A stretch of 64,000 nt of DNA from the human T2T-CHM13v2.0 reference genome, Homo sapiens, in assembly GCF_009914755.1 (NCBI RefSeq), contig NC_060932.1. The stretch is one strand, 5' to 3'. Under the pieces are notes generated by a model. It worked only from the letters and a program-made list of their open reading frames with translations, did not search any database and was not told the origin of the DNA. Made by a program: the position numbers and the translations under genes. The first letter of the stretch is position 1; every line of letters starts with the position of its first letter. Shown here piece by piece: positions 35,978-53,335 of the stretch.

Positions 35978-37924
35978 GAGTTTCTTTATGGTTGCCAAAG
36001 AATCAGGCTGTTTCAGCAGTTCTGCACCACTCCCAAATTTAGTGATTTGCCTGCTTTGGTATTTGTTGGTAGACTAGGGTATTTCTTGAGCGGCTTGACA
36101 GGAATCACCTGAGATCCCATTAATGCATATTAAATTAGTCACTCAATGCATGGCATTGCCCCACAGTGGAGTCACTGACACCAATAACCAAGGCCGCTTC
36201 TCCCCAGGCCCCTTGGCTTGGCTTGGCTTATGCAGGAGAGAGAACTCAGGGGAAGCAGGGAGTGAAGACAGAGCTACGAGGCAAATATCCTGAGTGGCAG
36301 TCCAGCCTTGGCTTGCACTTGAGTCCATTTTGTTCATTTTAAAGCAATTGTCCTTTGCAGAACAAATCTCTTCTGATCTGTGCCTGCTCAGCATGTGGAG
36401 AGGAGTCTGGGGCGAGTTGGTGTTATCTTAAATAACTGTTACACCAAATAAACACACTATGCACACCCCTCAGCATTATAGAAATGGAAAATAAATCATC
36501 ACCAAAAAGCTTATTTTACAAACCCACAAATCATCAGAAATATAAATGCTTTCCTTTCTATTCTCATGTTTTAATAAAGATTCTCCCCTCTTTTTTTTTC
36601 AGACTCACTCAATTACAATGTCACTATCAGTTCACATTACAGGTCAGAGATGTGGTGCTTAATGTATGAGGAGCCAGTTCTCCTCTCCTAATAGCCTGTC
36701 ATTCCGGGGATTTGAATGTCAGAATACAGCCTTCCGCAGTAATGCTAGTCGGCAGCCCGATGATGAAAACTTTGGACAAATCATGAAGAACACTCCAGAT
36801 CCACATCATCGGAAGGTTACCGGGGAGAGCCTTTCATTCCGCTTTGACCCCTTGATCTGACAAGTGACACCTACAAAATGAACAGCTCTCCAACTTAAAT
36901 TGTTTAACTGTAGCCTGATCAGTTTTATTATCTTGCTAATCCAGATATCAGCCGTTTCATCAGAATGGAAGATATGCATATCATGAATTATTTTGACACG
37001 GGGACCTTTTAATTTTTGCCAGCAATATTTCACTGCCCCAATCAGGGCCTGCAGTCACTGATGCCGTTCGCCTCCTGGGACGTCAGCGGACAGCGCACTC
37101 CTGACAGCACCAAATCATCCGGGAGCTGTAACGAGCCATTGCTGCGATTATTATTATCTCTCGTAGTCATGCATTTCATTACAGCTCAGGCAGCCAGGGG
37201 CTTGGGTTTCAGGGCAGTCTTCTTCAGGAATCTCTGCCATTTTATGGGCTTGCCAAGCTCTGGGGTATAATTTCCCTTTTCTTTCCTCTCAACAGACAAG
37301 CCGAGGTGAATTTCTAATAAAAACAAACCCTAGGTAGGGACTGCAGGAAGAGCGAGCTCAGTACAGGACATTAAGCAGCGGTGAGGCAGCTTGAATGGCC
37401 CACTTGAAGTTTATGAAAGCAGTGGTTAATCAGCAATATGGTTTGCTACAGAGAAAAATAAAGAAGAGTTTATCCTGGAGTAGGGGGAAAACGCTCCTTT
37501 CTAAACTGCAAAGTGCTAAGAATGCTTTCTTAAGAAAAACTCCCTTCTTCCCTTAGATGTGTTTCTTAATGTCCCTCTCCCTTGATAACCATTTTCTTCC
37601 TCTGCTCGTCCATTCTAAGAGAACCCATCTCCATTCCAAGCCTGAACTGCATTGTCTGCTTTCACCGAATTGTGCTTTGGCATTATGCCATAACTTCACT
37701 GAGCAGCCGCAGGAAATGCACTGTTGTATTTATTCTAAGGCTGTTATAGATCTTGTCGATCAATACATTACATAGCACATTCTTTGAGAGTATCCATGAG
37801 AGAAAGTTTCCCCTAGTCTCATGAACAACTGATCCATGTTAACTTTGGGGGCACTGTGAATCATAGAATTTATTGTTTCCTTCTTTGTAATGGCTGCTAG
37901 AAATCTCAAAACTAAATTTGTTGT

Positions 37925-38835
<911 letters not shown>

Positions 38836-41800
38836 AACACAAAATTTGCAGCCAACCTCTTACAAATGTAAGGGATCTCCTAGAATGTACATTCTGTACT
38901 TATCTCATTAGTGGCTTCATTTATTCTTCCTACACTTACATTATCTTTGCTTTATTTTCCTCGTGGACTTTTTAAAAATATTATTTTATTGTGTGTTACT
39001 TTTTATACAATGATTTTTTTCACAGAACAGGAAGGATTTCAATGTTAGAATATATTCAGTCTGGCAAGACAAAGCTGTCGAGTTACTGTGTTGCAAGAGA
39101 GTAAAAGAAATGTGTATTTCTGAACCCCGTGCGTGACACTGAGCTGAGATGGGAAATCTCTCCGAGGTGAGGCTGCTTCTCAAGTCTCCTTGAATCAAGG
39201 GGCCGACTCTGACCCACGCACCACCAGGAGACTTTGTATGGTGCATTCCTGGGCCTTTCCCCTCCACCTTGGATCCATTTGTAGCCATCAACTCTTTCCC
39301 TGACCCAGAGCCAGCCTCGGGCGGCGTGAGCTGTGCAGCCTCCCAGAGCCCCACACTCAGAAGGGCCCTGTGCTTGCTTTAGTGCTCTGCTGTCGAATAT
39401 TAAAATTCTTAATAATTTTTTATACAAGGAGACCTGCATTTTCGTTTTACACAGGGCCTCAAAAATCATGTAGCTGGTCTTGCCTCCACTAGACAGTGAG
39501 CATCTTAGAGGGAGAAATCCTGTCTTATATTTCATCAAATCCCCAATCCCAACCAAGTGCCTGATAGGCAATTCCATGGGGGATATTCAGTATAGAGACT
39601 GAAACCACATCAAGCCCTTTATTCCACAGTCCTCAACATTCCTTCCTCATAATCGCTTATCAAACCCACTCCAGACAAGGCCTGCAAAGCAGGAAGGGCA
39701 AGCCAAGTAGGGGAGAGGGAGACTCATTAGTGCAACCGCAAAGAAAGAAGAACTGTGTCCTCCATCTTCTCCAGGTTCAAATGCACCTGTGGAAATCACC
39801 TGTGATGTGAGAAAGGTGACGTGTGTTATACCCACAGCTTGAGCAGTCATAGCCCAGGTCTCAGCTGCAAGAGGGAACTACATACAGATTTACTCCAGGA
39901 AAATCACTATCCACATGATTTTACAAACTCCCCAGAGATGTGATTTAATAACTTCTCTAGGTAAAAACAGCTTAGCCATCCCATCATTCTTCACCATTTT
40001 CCTGGGAGGTAAGACTTTAATAGTTATCCACTTTAACTAGACAGAAATGTAGAGAGAACAGAGCCAGAAGAAAATCGAGAGAAGAAAAAGGGGAAAGAGA
40101 AGGAAGGAAGACAGAAATGCAGACAGTCAGGAAGAAAAATGGCCATCGCGGATCACGGCTCATGGCTCACGGCTCACTTCAAGTTCAAACAAGGCCTCTA
40201 GGATATCAAACTTCCAGTGAAGATTGTCTAGAAGCTGAGGGCTTCCAGATTATTTTATTCACTTCCCAAAACCTAATAAAATGTAAAAAAAATTTCAACC
40301 AAAGAATAGCCATTTGGAGTCTTTGGCATGTGTTCATTAACTTCTATTTTCATGAGGATCAGGGCCCAGAGTAAATCAATGGCATTAATTTGAGGCAGAA
40401 AAGAGGGAAGAAATAGAAGATTGGGTGTGGAGGGTGATGAGGAGATTGGAGAGGAAATGTCGCCCAGGGCAGCATTTTCTAATTTGCAGACTTGCATTCA
40501 GCCATCCCCCACCCACATGCTCACTCTATTCCTAACAGCATCTTCATCAATTAAGATTCTATGAGACTGGCAAGCTCCAAGATCAACCGTACCATCCACA
40601 TATTCACTATTCCACTGGCACGGCGAACAATTCCGAATATTAAAAGTAAAGCAACACATTCTGCCATGTCTTTTGTATACAGACAGCTGAAGCTGTGTGA
40701 AAGTTTGGCACCAAAAGGCCAAGTACCATATTTTCAGCCACCCACACGCCAAATCCTATAATAACTACAGACTCTAGATGTGAAATTTTCAGACATTTGC
40801 AGCAAAGGAAAACTAATAGTCATGTTTCTTCATGTGCTTCTTTTCTGAACAGGGCAGTTTCTCAATTGTAAAACCTCATCAGTGTAAGCTAAAGAGAACA
40901 AAGGGTGCTGCGTAGATCTTTTCACCAGATGTCAAATGGTGCTTATTTATTTAAACAGAAACCCCCACTTTGTACATTTGGTTCATTTAGTGGTATGTGC
41001 TCTGTAACAAGTATTTTTTATGAGTAAAAAGCTGCCTCCAGTGTGCTTAAGTTACAATAGGGCTTCGGGAAAGTCTGTTAGCTGAGACTAGATATTGCTC
41101 TTTTTGCTTTTGGTTGAGATGTAAATTCCACTCCCATCCTCCCTCTATAATAGGGGAAATATTGTAGCTAACGTCATACCAAGACTGATAAGTAATCCTT
41201 CTTCTGTGGTCAACTCTAGAAGCAAGGATGTTCAGTCTTGCTGTGCTTTTGAAGGCGGGTGTAGAAGCAACAGAGTATTGATTTTCTCAAAGATAACAAC
41301 AGAAAATATATTAATTCCCTCCCCTGTGAATATCGGGGCTCCTGTGGCCTGAATGGGCCATAAGAACCTAATGGGTAAGAGCTTCTTTTTCCCACTCAGT
41401 GAGGATAATAAAATGATTAACCTGAAACTCATTTGAACTTTGGCAAATAAGGAGAAAGGAGGATGCTAAATATTTCTATACAAGAAGGGACTCGGTGTCT
41501 CCCATTCTACCCATCAGAAAAATGTATTTGCAGGTCAGATCTCTGTCAAGGAGCTTCTCCACCTGTCAGAAATAAGGTGTTTGAGTAACCCTCCTATCAA
41601 CAAGGTGAGAGACAGTGGACAGAGATGACACCTTGCTGAAATTAGAAATAGGCAAAATACCTCAGAGATGAGCAAATATATGGAGAATTATTCCCAGATT
41701 ATCAACTAATCAACTCCAGATTCTCCAGATCATAGTGCAAAATGCCAAGCCCCTTAGAAATACAATGGAAAAGAGTGTGTTTACCAGGAGAACTTTGAAC

Positions 41801-42375
41801 AAGTACAAAGAGAATCTGAACATTCTTGGGTAGTTTAAAAGCCCTAAGATAAGAAGCAACTTCCCAGCACAGAATGATCTGAGACACAAATGAGGGGAGA
41901 ACCTAGGAAAGGGTCAACAGCTCTCACACAATGTAAAAGGGAGAGATGTGTCTAAACTTGAACGAAGACTGTTCACTTAGTTAATGCTTGGTGAAGTTTT
42001 CCTCTGCTCCTTGATGAGGAGAAGTTGGCAGCACTGTATGCCCTTTATGAAGTACAGTACATGATTTTATCTAACATAACTTTTCAGTAATGTGTACACA
42101 GTTCTCATTCCCTACTGCTCTTCATCCATACTTAATTTTTCTTTTTCAAACCCAAGTTTAATTCATTCAACTTTGTATTACAGTTAGAAATCTAAAAGAA
42201 AAGGGGCCAAAATAATGTTCTAGTGAAGATGTGGATATCTTTATTTATCAGATATCCATAGATGAATTATCATAGATATCCATGGGCAGAGTAGCACCAC
42301 TTCCAGAATGCTAACTCAGCTTCAATTTCCATCAATACGCTGGCTTATATTGCTTTTAAAAATCCACCACTACAG

Positions 42376-43012
<637 letters not shown>

Positions 43013-43389
43013 TTTTTAAAATTCTTTTAAGTAAATATCTGAGCTCACAAAAAAAGTAAACAAAAGCTTTGCAGGACAAAAAAAAAAGAAGAAACTGAGT
43101 AAAGTAAACCAGAGTAATGAGCCATCTCTGAGCTTTTGACTGTATTGAGAACATTTACTATTCATGAAAATCAAGAGGCTTGTGTCTTAGTGGCCAAATA
43201 TGGACAGGAGACAAGGCCTTGGGCCCAAACATTGGGCAATTAATGGAATCCCTCTATAAATCAGGGGTTTTCAAAAACTACAATTTCAGAGAAAGAATAA
43301 GTTAGAAAAAAAATCAAAGCTTCAGCCCTTAATAGTAAAAAGATATCTTGTCAATCACAGCCTGTATCCCAGGTTTAAAAACAAAACAA

Positions 43390-43690
43390 GGCCAGGCGCA
43401 GTGTCTCATGCTTGTGATCCCAGCACTTTGGGAGGCCAAGGCAGTTAAATCCCTTGAGTCCAGGAATTTGAGACCAGCCTAGGCAACATGGTGAAACCTC
43501 ATCTCTACAAAAAATACAAAACTTAGTTGGACATGGTGGTGCACACCTGTAGTCCCAGCTACTCAGTGGCTGAGGTGGGAGGATCACATGAGCCTGGGAG
43601 GTCGAGGCTGCAGTGAGCCATGATTGTGCCACTGCGCTCCAGCCTCAATGACACAGTAAGACACTGTTTCAAAAAAAAAAAAAGAATAAG
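43390..43690 (+). mobile_element. Alu SINE (AluJ-type)
   Basis: ggccaggcgcagtg ... ggaggtcgaggctgcagtgagccatgattg, then an A-tail. Confidence 0.93.
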
Positions 43691-43899
43691 GAAGGAGAAA
43701 CAAAACAAAACAAAAAGCTTCTCTGATATTGGAGAATATGGAGCTTTAGATCTACATTCTGGTCCAGAAACAACTAGGCTGAGATAGAAACATAAAAAGT
43801 GGTACCTGACTTGTAACATCCCCTAGAGCACCTAAAAGAACAAAATGCAAAAGCTTCCTGAAGGGACATGTCTTCAATCCAATAAATTCAGGCTACACA

Positions 43900-45280
<1,381 letters not shown>

Positions 45281-45529
45281 AGTCACCATGCTCATTTGAA
45301 AGGGGAAAGACGTGGAGAACCCCACATGGGAGTATTTTATATGCTAGGCTTGGAAATGGCACACAGCATTTCCACCGACATTCCGTTGGTCAGCACTAAG
45401 CATGAGGCGACATCTATCTACAGTGCCTGGAAAGGAGAGTGCACACAAGAAGACTTGGAAAAAGTTTACTAATGGTTAGCAAAGACTCTGCCACAGGCTG
45501 CCCTTTCTTTTTCTAGTAACTTTTTGTAA

Positions 45530-46830
45530 ACAACAGCTTTACTGAGAAATAATCCATAGATCAAAAAGTTTACCATGTTAAAATGTACAATTCAATGGTT
45601 TTTAGTATATTCGCAGAGTTGTGCAACCATCACCACTGGCTAATTTTAGAACATTTTCATCACCTCAAAAAGAATCTCCGTAACTATTAAAAGCCATTCC
45701 CTTTTTCCCTCTCTCTCCAACCTCTAGCAAACACTGATCTATTTTCTGTCTTCGTGGATTTGCCAATTCCAAACATTTCATATAATTACCTATAAATGTG
45801 ATGTAATGCAATATGTGCCTTTTCACTCTAGTGTCTTTCACTTATCATAATATAATTTTTTTTAGTTTTTAATTTTCATGGGTACATGGCAGGTTATATA
45901 CTTACGGGGTACATGAGATGTTTTTTGACACATGTATGCAATGTGAAATGAATTTATCATGATATTTTCAAAGTTCATGTATGTTGTAGCATGTATTAGT
46001 ACTTCATTTCTTTTCATGACCAAATAATATTCCATTGAATGAACATTTCACATCTGTGTACCCATTCATCAGTTAATACACATTTGAATTGCTTCTACAT
46101 TTGGCTATCATGAATAATGCTGCTATCAACATTCGTGTACAAGTTTTTGTTTGAACACCTGTTTTCTGTTCTCTTTGGTACATATCTAGAACTGGAATTG
46201 CTGGATTATGTGGTAAGTCTATGTTTAATAATTTGAGGAACTGCCAAACTGTTTTCCAAAATGGCTGCAATACTTTACATTTCCACCAGTAATGTAAAAG
46301 TACCAATTTCTCCATGTCCTTGCCATTTGTTGTCTATCTTATTTTAGCCATCATATTGGGTGTGAAGTTGAATCTCATTGTGCATTTGATTATCTTTTCT
46401 CTAATGACTAGTTATATGACGCATTTTTTCATGTACTTATTGGCCATTTGTATATCTTTTTTGGAGAAATGTCTATTCAAATTGCCCATTTTTAAATTGT
46501 ATTTTTTGTCTTTTTATTGTTGATTTTTCAGAGTTATTTGCGTATTCTGAATGCAAGTCCCTCATCAAATGTATTACTAGCAAATCTTTTCTCCCATTTT
46601 GTGGGTTATCTTTTCATTTTTATGATGTCCTTTGAAGCACAAAGTTTTTATTTTTGAAGTCCAATTTATTTTTTTACTGTGTATACTTTTAGTGTCATTT
46701 GAAAAAAATGCCTAATTCAACTTCACAGAGATTTATTCCTATTTCTTCTAAGAGTTTTACAGTTTTTGCTCTTACATTGAAGTCTGTTACTTCGAGTCAA
46801 TTTTTATATGTAGTGTGAGGCAAGGATCTA
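45530..46830 (-). mobile_element. L1MB/L1MC-type 3' portion, with a short L1MA 3' end nested at about 45855-45952
   Basis: aatgtacaattcaatggtttttagtatattc... and ORF2 C-terminal similarity (HYWWKCKVLQPFWKTVWQFL). Confidence 0.8.
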
Positions 46831-47441
46831 ACAACCTTTTTACTCTTCTTCTCAGGCATAGAACACATTCACTGCCTCCACAAGGGGGACCACAACTAGT
46901 CCTATTTGATAACTGGATTCATTGTTAATTTTAAGGCTACTTGTAGTTTTCTCAAACAAATGCTGATATATGTTCAGTGAACAAGGTTTAGTGACCTATG
47001 GAAAAAAAAACACAAATTATCTACACTCACAACACACAAAATATAACAGCGGAGTTGGGCCAGGGTAACCACAGTAAAAACCTCATTTTGAAGAGAGAAG
47101 AATGAGTAGCACCCACAGGTCACTGGCCCTGGAATCCTGCTAGCAAGTCTATATGAAAGTTATCCACCCTGAGGTGAGTGGTGGAGGAGAATGGAAGCTC
47201 CTTGAGTAGGAAGTGCCCTTTTCTTGCTCTCAGAGGAACTCCCTTATGAGTTGTGTTCCTTCAACCCTGAACTCTACTCTCTGAAAGGTGCTTCCATGAC
47301 CATTGTACTTCATAGATCTGAAGTGAACACTGGAAGAGATTCCCTCCTTAGAAGTTACATGGCTTTCACAATGATGAACACAACTTTTATGGAGAAAATT
47401 ATAAACCTTTACTTCAAGATATTTTAAAAGAACTGTAACTG

Positions 47442-48180
<739 letters not shown>

Positions 48181-48302
48181 GAACCAAATAAATGTAGAAA
48201 TATGGCATATTCTTTGACATATAGCTATCAAGTCTTCCTAGAATGCCTAAATTGATATATAGTTTCAAAATGCAATTCCAATCAAAATCCCAACATGTTG
48301 GA

Positions 48303-48673
48303 ATATTATGGAGCCACAGAAAGGAATGAGATCATGTCCTTTGCAGGGACATGGATGAAGCTGGAAGCCATCATCCTCAGCAAACCAACACAGGAACAGA
48401 AAACCAAACACCACGTGTTCTCACTTGTAACTGGGTGCTGAACAATGAGAACACATGGACACCAGAAGGGGAACAACAAACACCAGGGCCTGTCCATGGA
48501 GCCAGGGAGGTGTTGAGGTGAGGGGGGCATCAGGACAAATAGCTAATGCATGCAGGGCTTAAAACCTACGTGACAGCTTGATAGTTGCAGCAAACCACCA
48601 TGGCACACATATACCTATGTAACAAACCTACACGTTCTGTGCATGTGTAGGTTTGTTACACTTAAAGTAAAAA
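48303..48673 (+). mobile_element. L1PA8-like 3' end
   Basis: gagatcatgtcctttgcagggacatggatgaagctgg ... agctaatgcatgcagggcttaaaacct. Confidence 0.85.
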
Positions 48674-49176
48674 ATGCTGCTATAAAGACACATGCACACA
48701 TATGTTTATTGTGGCACTACTCACAATAGCAAAGACTTGGAACCAACCCAAATGTTCAACAATGATAGACTGGATTAAGAAAATGTGGCACATATACACC
48801 ATGGAATACTATGCAGCCATAAAAAAGGATGAGTTCACGTCCTTTGTAGGGACATGGATGAAGCTGGATACCATCATTCTCAGCAAACTATCACAAGGAA
48901 AAAAAACCAAACACCACATGTTCTCACTCACAGGTGGGAATTGAACAGTGAGAACACTTGGACACAGGAAGGGGAACATCACACACCGGGGCCTGTTGTA
49001 GGGTGGGGGGAGGGGGGAGGGATAGCATCAGGAGATATACCTAATGTAAATGACGAGTTAATGGGTGTAGCACACCAACATGGCACGTGTATACATATGT
49101 AACAAACCTGCACGTTGTGCACATGTACCCTAGAACTTAAAGTATAATAAAAAAAAGTAAAAAGATAATAAAAAAA
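48674..49176 (+). mobile_element. 5'-truncated L1PA5-like 3' end inserted in the tail of the preceding L1
   Basis: aatgtaaatgacgagttaatggg ... ccctagaacttaaagtataata, then an A-tail. Confidence 0.9.
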
Positions 49177-49224
49177 TCACATTGTTACACTTAAAGTAAA
49201 AAAAAAATAATTTCACCATGTTTT

Positions 49225-50270
49225 TGTGTGCATGTATGTGTATAACTGAAACTTGATAAGGCAATTGTGAAATTTTTATGAACGATTAAAGAGCAAAGAA
49301 ACTCCTTAAAAACAGACAAGGGAGAAGGATTTGGCTTGCCAGATATCAAAACTTATAAAAATGTTAAGAGCATGTGGTATTAATGAAGAGACAGATAAGA
49401 CATAAACAAAACTGATTAATAAAATAAAATAGAAAGCCTAGAAGAAAATCTACTCACACAATGTTTAGAGCTGGCTTTGCATATCAGTGGAGTATAGAAT
49501 TTTAATAAATAGTTTTGAGATACTGATTATCCATTCTGAAAAAAAATTAAGTCTCTATGTTACACCATCTGAAAAAGAAGGATAAGGATGTATTTTAGGC
49601 AGATTAATCCAAATGTGAAAGCAAAATGATAACACTTTGGAAACAACATAGGAGAATATCTTTATTACTTGGAGGTAGGGAATAATTTCTTATGATATGT
49701 AAAATACAATACATAATAAAAAGATCTATAAATTCAACTTCACTACATTTATTTTCATATTTAGAACTCCTGAATATCAATAAATAAATGCCTAAAACAA
49801 TCCAATAGGAAAATAGATAAAATACTTGAAGAGGCACATTACTATAGTAACCTGAATTGCCATTAAACATAAAAAAGATGCTCAGGCATTTTAGAGGTAG
49901 GTCAAATACAAACTGACACTACAGTGAAATACTATTTTATACTCACAAGACTGGCAAAAGTTTCAAAGTCTGACAGTGTCAAATTAATGAGGATATGGGA
50001 GTTTGATTTAGTACCCCTGCTATGGAAAACACTGATATTAGCTAATAGAACTGAAGATGAGTATATTCTATGACCTATAAATTCCCCTTGTACTTTTGTA
50101 CCCTGGCAAAATTCTTGTAAACAAATACAAGAATGTTTCTTCACAGAAACACCATGATCACAGAAAAAAAAAAAAGCATGTCCATAGCAACACTATAATA
50201 ATAGAAAAAAATGAAAACAAAACAGAAGCAGAAGTAACCTGAATGTCTATCAAAAGTAGAATGAATAAAT
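49225..50270 (+). mobile_element. Ancient L1M(E) ORF2/3' remnant
   Basis: Degenerate L1 motifs (ccagatatcaaaacttat, ctggcaaaagtttcaaagtctgaca, aatgtctatcaaaagtagaatgaataaat). Confidence 0.65.
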
Positions 50271-50478
50271 CAGTTGTCATTCTTTGGTATTTGTGGGAGA
50301 TTGGACACCCCCCACCAACAGATACCAGAATCCTTGGATGCTGAAGTCTCTTACATAAATTGTGTAGCATTTGCATGTAACCTATGCACATCCTCCCGTT
50401 TACTTTAAATCATCTCTAGATTACTTATAATACCTAATGCAATGCCTACACATCACTTCGTTTGTGTGGATTCAACCA
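50271..50478 (+). mobile_element. MER2-type (Tigger) DNA transposon fragment
   Basis: gcatttgcatgtaacctatgcacatcctcccg...tactttaaatcatctctagattacttataatacctaat. Confidence 0.85.
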
Positions 50479-51094
50479 CCAGTTGTGAGATAAAACATTA
50501 CTAATATATCAGCTTCGTTCTTTATATTTAAAGTGTTTTACGATTTTAACCAGAATGTATCTTTGTGTGCATTTCTCAGTACTAATTTTGCCAGAAACGC
50601 TGTGAATCTTCTGGCTTCTCAGTTTTAGATCATTTAAAAAATTGGAAGGAGGCAGGGAGTAGTAGCAGACTCGTCCATAATGAGCTACTGCAAATTGTGC
50701 TCTTGATATTCCTTCTTTATATCCTTAGCCTCAAACATTTTACACTTAAATACTCTTCCAAATGAAGGTTAATGGCAGTTATGGAGAGATAAGACCCAGG
50801 GAATGCATAACACTAAGTTGGAATATGAAAAAAGAACTGTTGGCATCTCTTTAGCAGTATGTCAATAAAAACATCGGAAGAGAGCTAGTAATGCTGAATT
50901 GCATCAAACTATCTTCTGCTCTAAGTCAAAGCCTGATTTATGTGTCCCAGTCTAAGGACGATTCTGTGTTAGGAGTTAGGCAAAATTCACCTGTAGGTCA
51001 CCCTCTTCTCTTCCAGAATTTTCCATGATGAAATAATATTTTTCCTCATTGGTGTCTCAAGTACTCATGGCATAATAGCCAAATTTGCTCTGTG

Positions 51095-51320
51095 AGCTTT
51101 CCAGTTGACAGCATGGAGTCAGCCCAGTGCGGTGCATGGACTTTGCAGCCATCCCCCATGCACATCTATGTGGCTTTGGGAAACTGGTGCCATCTCTTTT
51201 TGCCTTGGTTTTCTGATTTCAAAATAGGAGAGATTGTCATAGGGTTGTTCTGAGGGTTGAACGAATCAATATACAAAGCGCCCAGCACATAGTAGGTGCT
51301 CCAGAAAAGTTAGTTGTCTT
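51095..51320 (-). mobile_element. MIR SINE remnant
   Basis: tgtggctttgggaaact...ttggttttctgatttcaaaatagg...catagggttgttctgaggg...cagcacatagtaggtgctc. Confidence 0.65.
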
Positions 51321-52879
51321 CCCCAGTCACTCTCTTTGCACTGGTGACTAAAGTCCTCCATCCCAGTATTCTGAATATCTAATTAGAATGTTCGAAGGCT
51401 AGAATCTGACATTATTAAAGAAGGAAGATTAACAGAGCAAGGACACCTAGATTCCTACTCTTACTGCTTATGATTATTGTATGTTTTCAAAAAATCCTTT
51501 ATGAGCATTTAGAGTAGTTTTCTGTTGAATGAGCTTTACACTACAAACAACTTTATATTTAAAATTTTTGTGAGAAACTAGAAATTCAGTCTCAGCATGG
51601 CTTGAGATCATAAATAAATGAATGATAAAACAAAGCTACTAAAAATGAATGTGAAATCTCAGAGATTAAGGAACTTCATTTGATTTTTACCTACACATTT
51701 TAGAAAACATTTTAAAGATGCTTGAATTCTTTTTTTAAATTTTGTGTTGTGAAATATAGATAATATTTTGGCAAACTGGGAAACAAATAACTATTTTAAG
51801 ATTGGTTTCATGAGGCTTCATCACAGTCAGCTGGTGTTTATTTGTGTCTCCCAAGTGTGTGGCTTTCCATTTTTCTTAGCACAACATTAAATAACATGAA
51901 AATTGTAATTCTTGCCCTCTAAGGGTATACATTCTAGGATATCACATTCATTTGGGAGAAAAGTATTCTTTCATTTTGAAAACAGTAGGCAGATGGTTTA
52001 ATCCACTGGGTTTAGTTCCAAACAAACAAACAAAAACATTTTTTGAGGTGTAGAAAAACTAAAAGAAACAGATAAAAACATGTCGAGAGTTTTACATATA
52101 GTTTGGCTCCATGAGAACTTTCAATATTAAGGGTTAAATGTGCATATTATTTACACATTTATCCTAAGTCATCAGCTTAACATTCTTCAGCTTCCAAAAG
52201 ATTCCATTGAACTCAACAAGTATTTTTTCAATACCTACAATGTGCCTGGTTGCTACACAGAAATTCTACTATCATTGGTTTGCTTAATATTTATAGAACA
52301 CCCACCATGTGCCTGACAAAATTCTAAGTCCTGAGACAAGAAGCTTGAATAATACCAGCTTCCTGTCTATTCATCCAATACCAGTGTTGAGCTGTTTTCT
52401 AAATCTCAAACATGAATAAAGATGCAAGGAGCCTTGATTTGTGTTTTGTCCAACATTTTCACAATGAAAACTACTGAGGTAATGTCAGAATGTATGTTCT
52501 ATGCGTTATGAGACTATAACGTACATGCTGAAGGTTTCCATAATTATTTGAAGGCAGTTGCTAGCTAGAGATGGAGATTAATACCATCACTAAATTCCAC
52601 CCATAACTTCAGTTCCTAATTAAAATCCGAGATTCAATAATATTTGCTACACTTAGAAATAAGGACAAGAAATACTGAGTGCAATAAAATAAGGAATGCC
52701 CTTTAAATAATTGATTCTAAAGCAACAGAGAAAAGAGAGAAATGCTGCAAGATAACTTCCTAAGAAGTCTCTCATCAATAAATCTATTGCTGTCTCTTGC
52801 CTGCAAAATACCTGCAAGATTTCTCATTGTGTTGAGATAAAATCACTCCACATAAATCACCTCCTGCTCCCAGAGCTCA

Positions 52880-53245
52880 GACACAGGTCACATTTCTGAC
52901 CCTGACACTCAGGAAGCTGAGCTCCTTCTCCATGCGCAACTACTCCTTCAGGCACATTTTCTATTCTCAAACTAGTTCCCCTTTCATTTGCTCCCAAAAC
53001 CCTTGTCTTAGTCCTTCATAGCATTTTTCACAATTGTAATTAAGTAATTATTTGTTTAGTGTCCTTTTCTTCCATTAAATTGTGAGGCCCATGAAAAGTG
53101 GAACCAGTATTGCTATACAGACTTGGTCCATGTTTTTTCTTTTTTACAACAATATGCCCATTATTGAGCATGGTGCCTGGCACATAACAATAAACATTTA
53201 ATGTAGGCATAAATCAGTGAATGAATGAATAAATGATGAATGGAT
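52880..53245 (+). mobile_element. L2 3'-end remnant
   Basis: catggtgcctggcacataa...gtgaatgaatgaataaatgatgaat tail. Confidence 0.6.
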
Positions 53246-53335
53246 CAATTTCCCATGTTTAGTCAGAACTACACTAAAGGGCTCATTATGAACTCATCCT
53301 TGAGCTGAATCTATCATTGAGTAGGATCCCAGAGT

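Noticed and set aside
39083-39577. 164-aa ORF (and the 154-aa ORF at 6044-6508)
   Set aside because: No recognisable domain, composition typical of non-coding DNA, and partial overlap with degenerate repeats.
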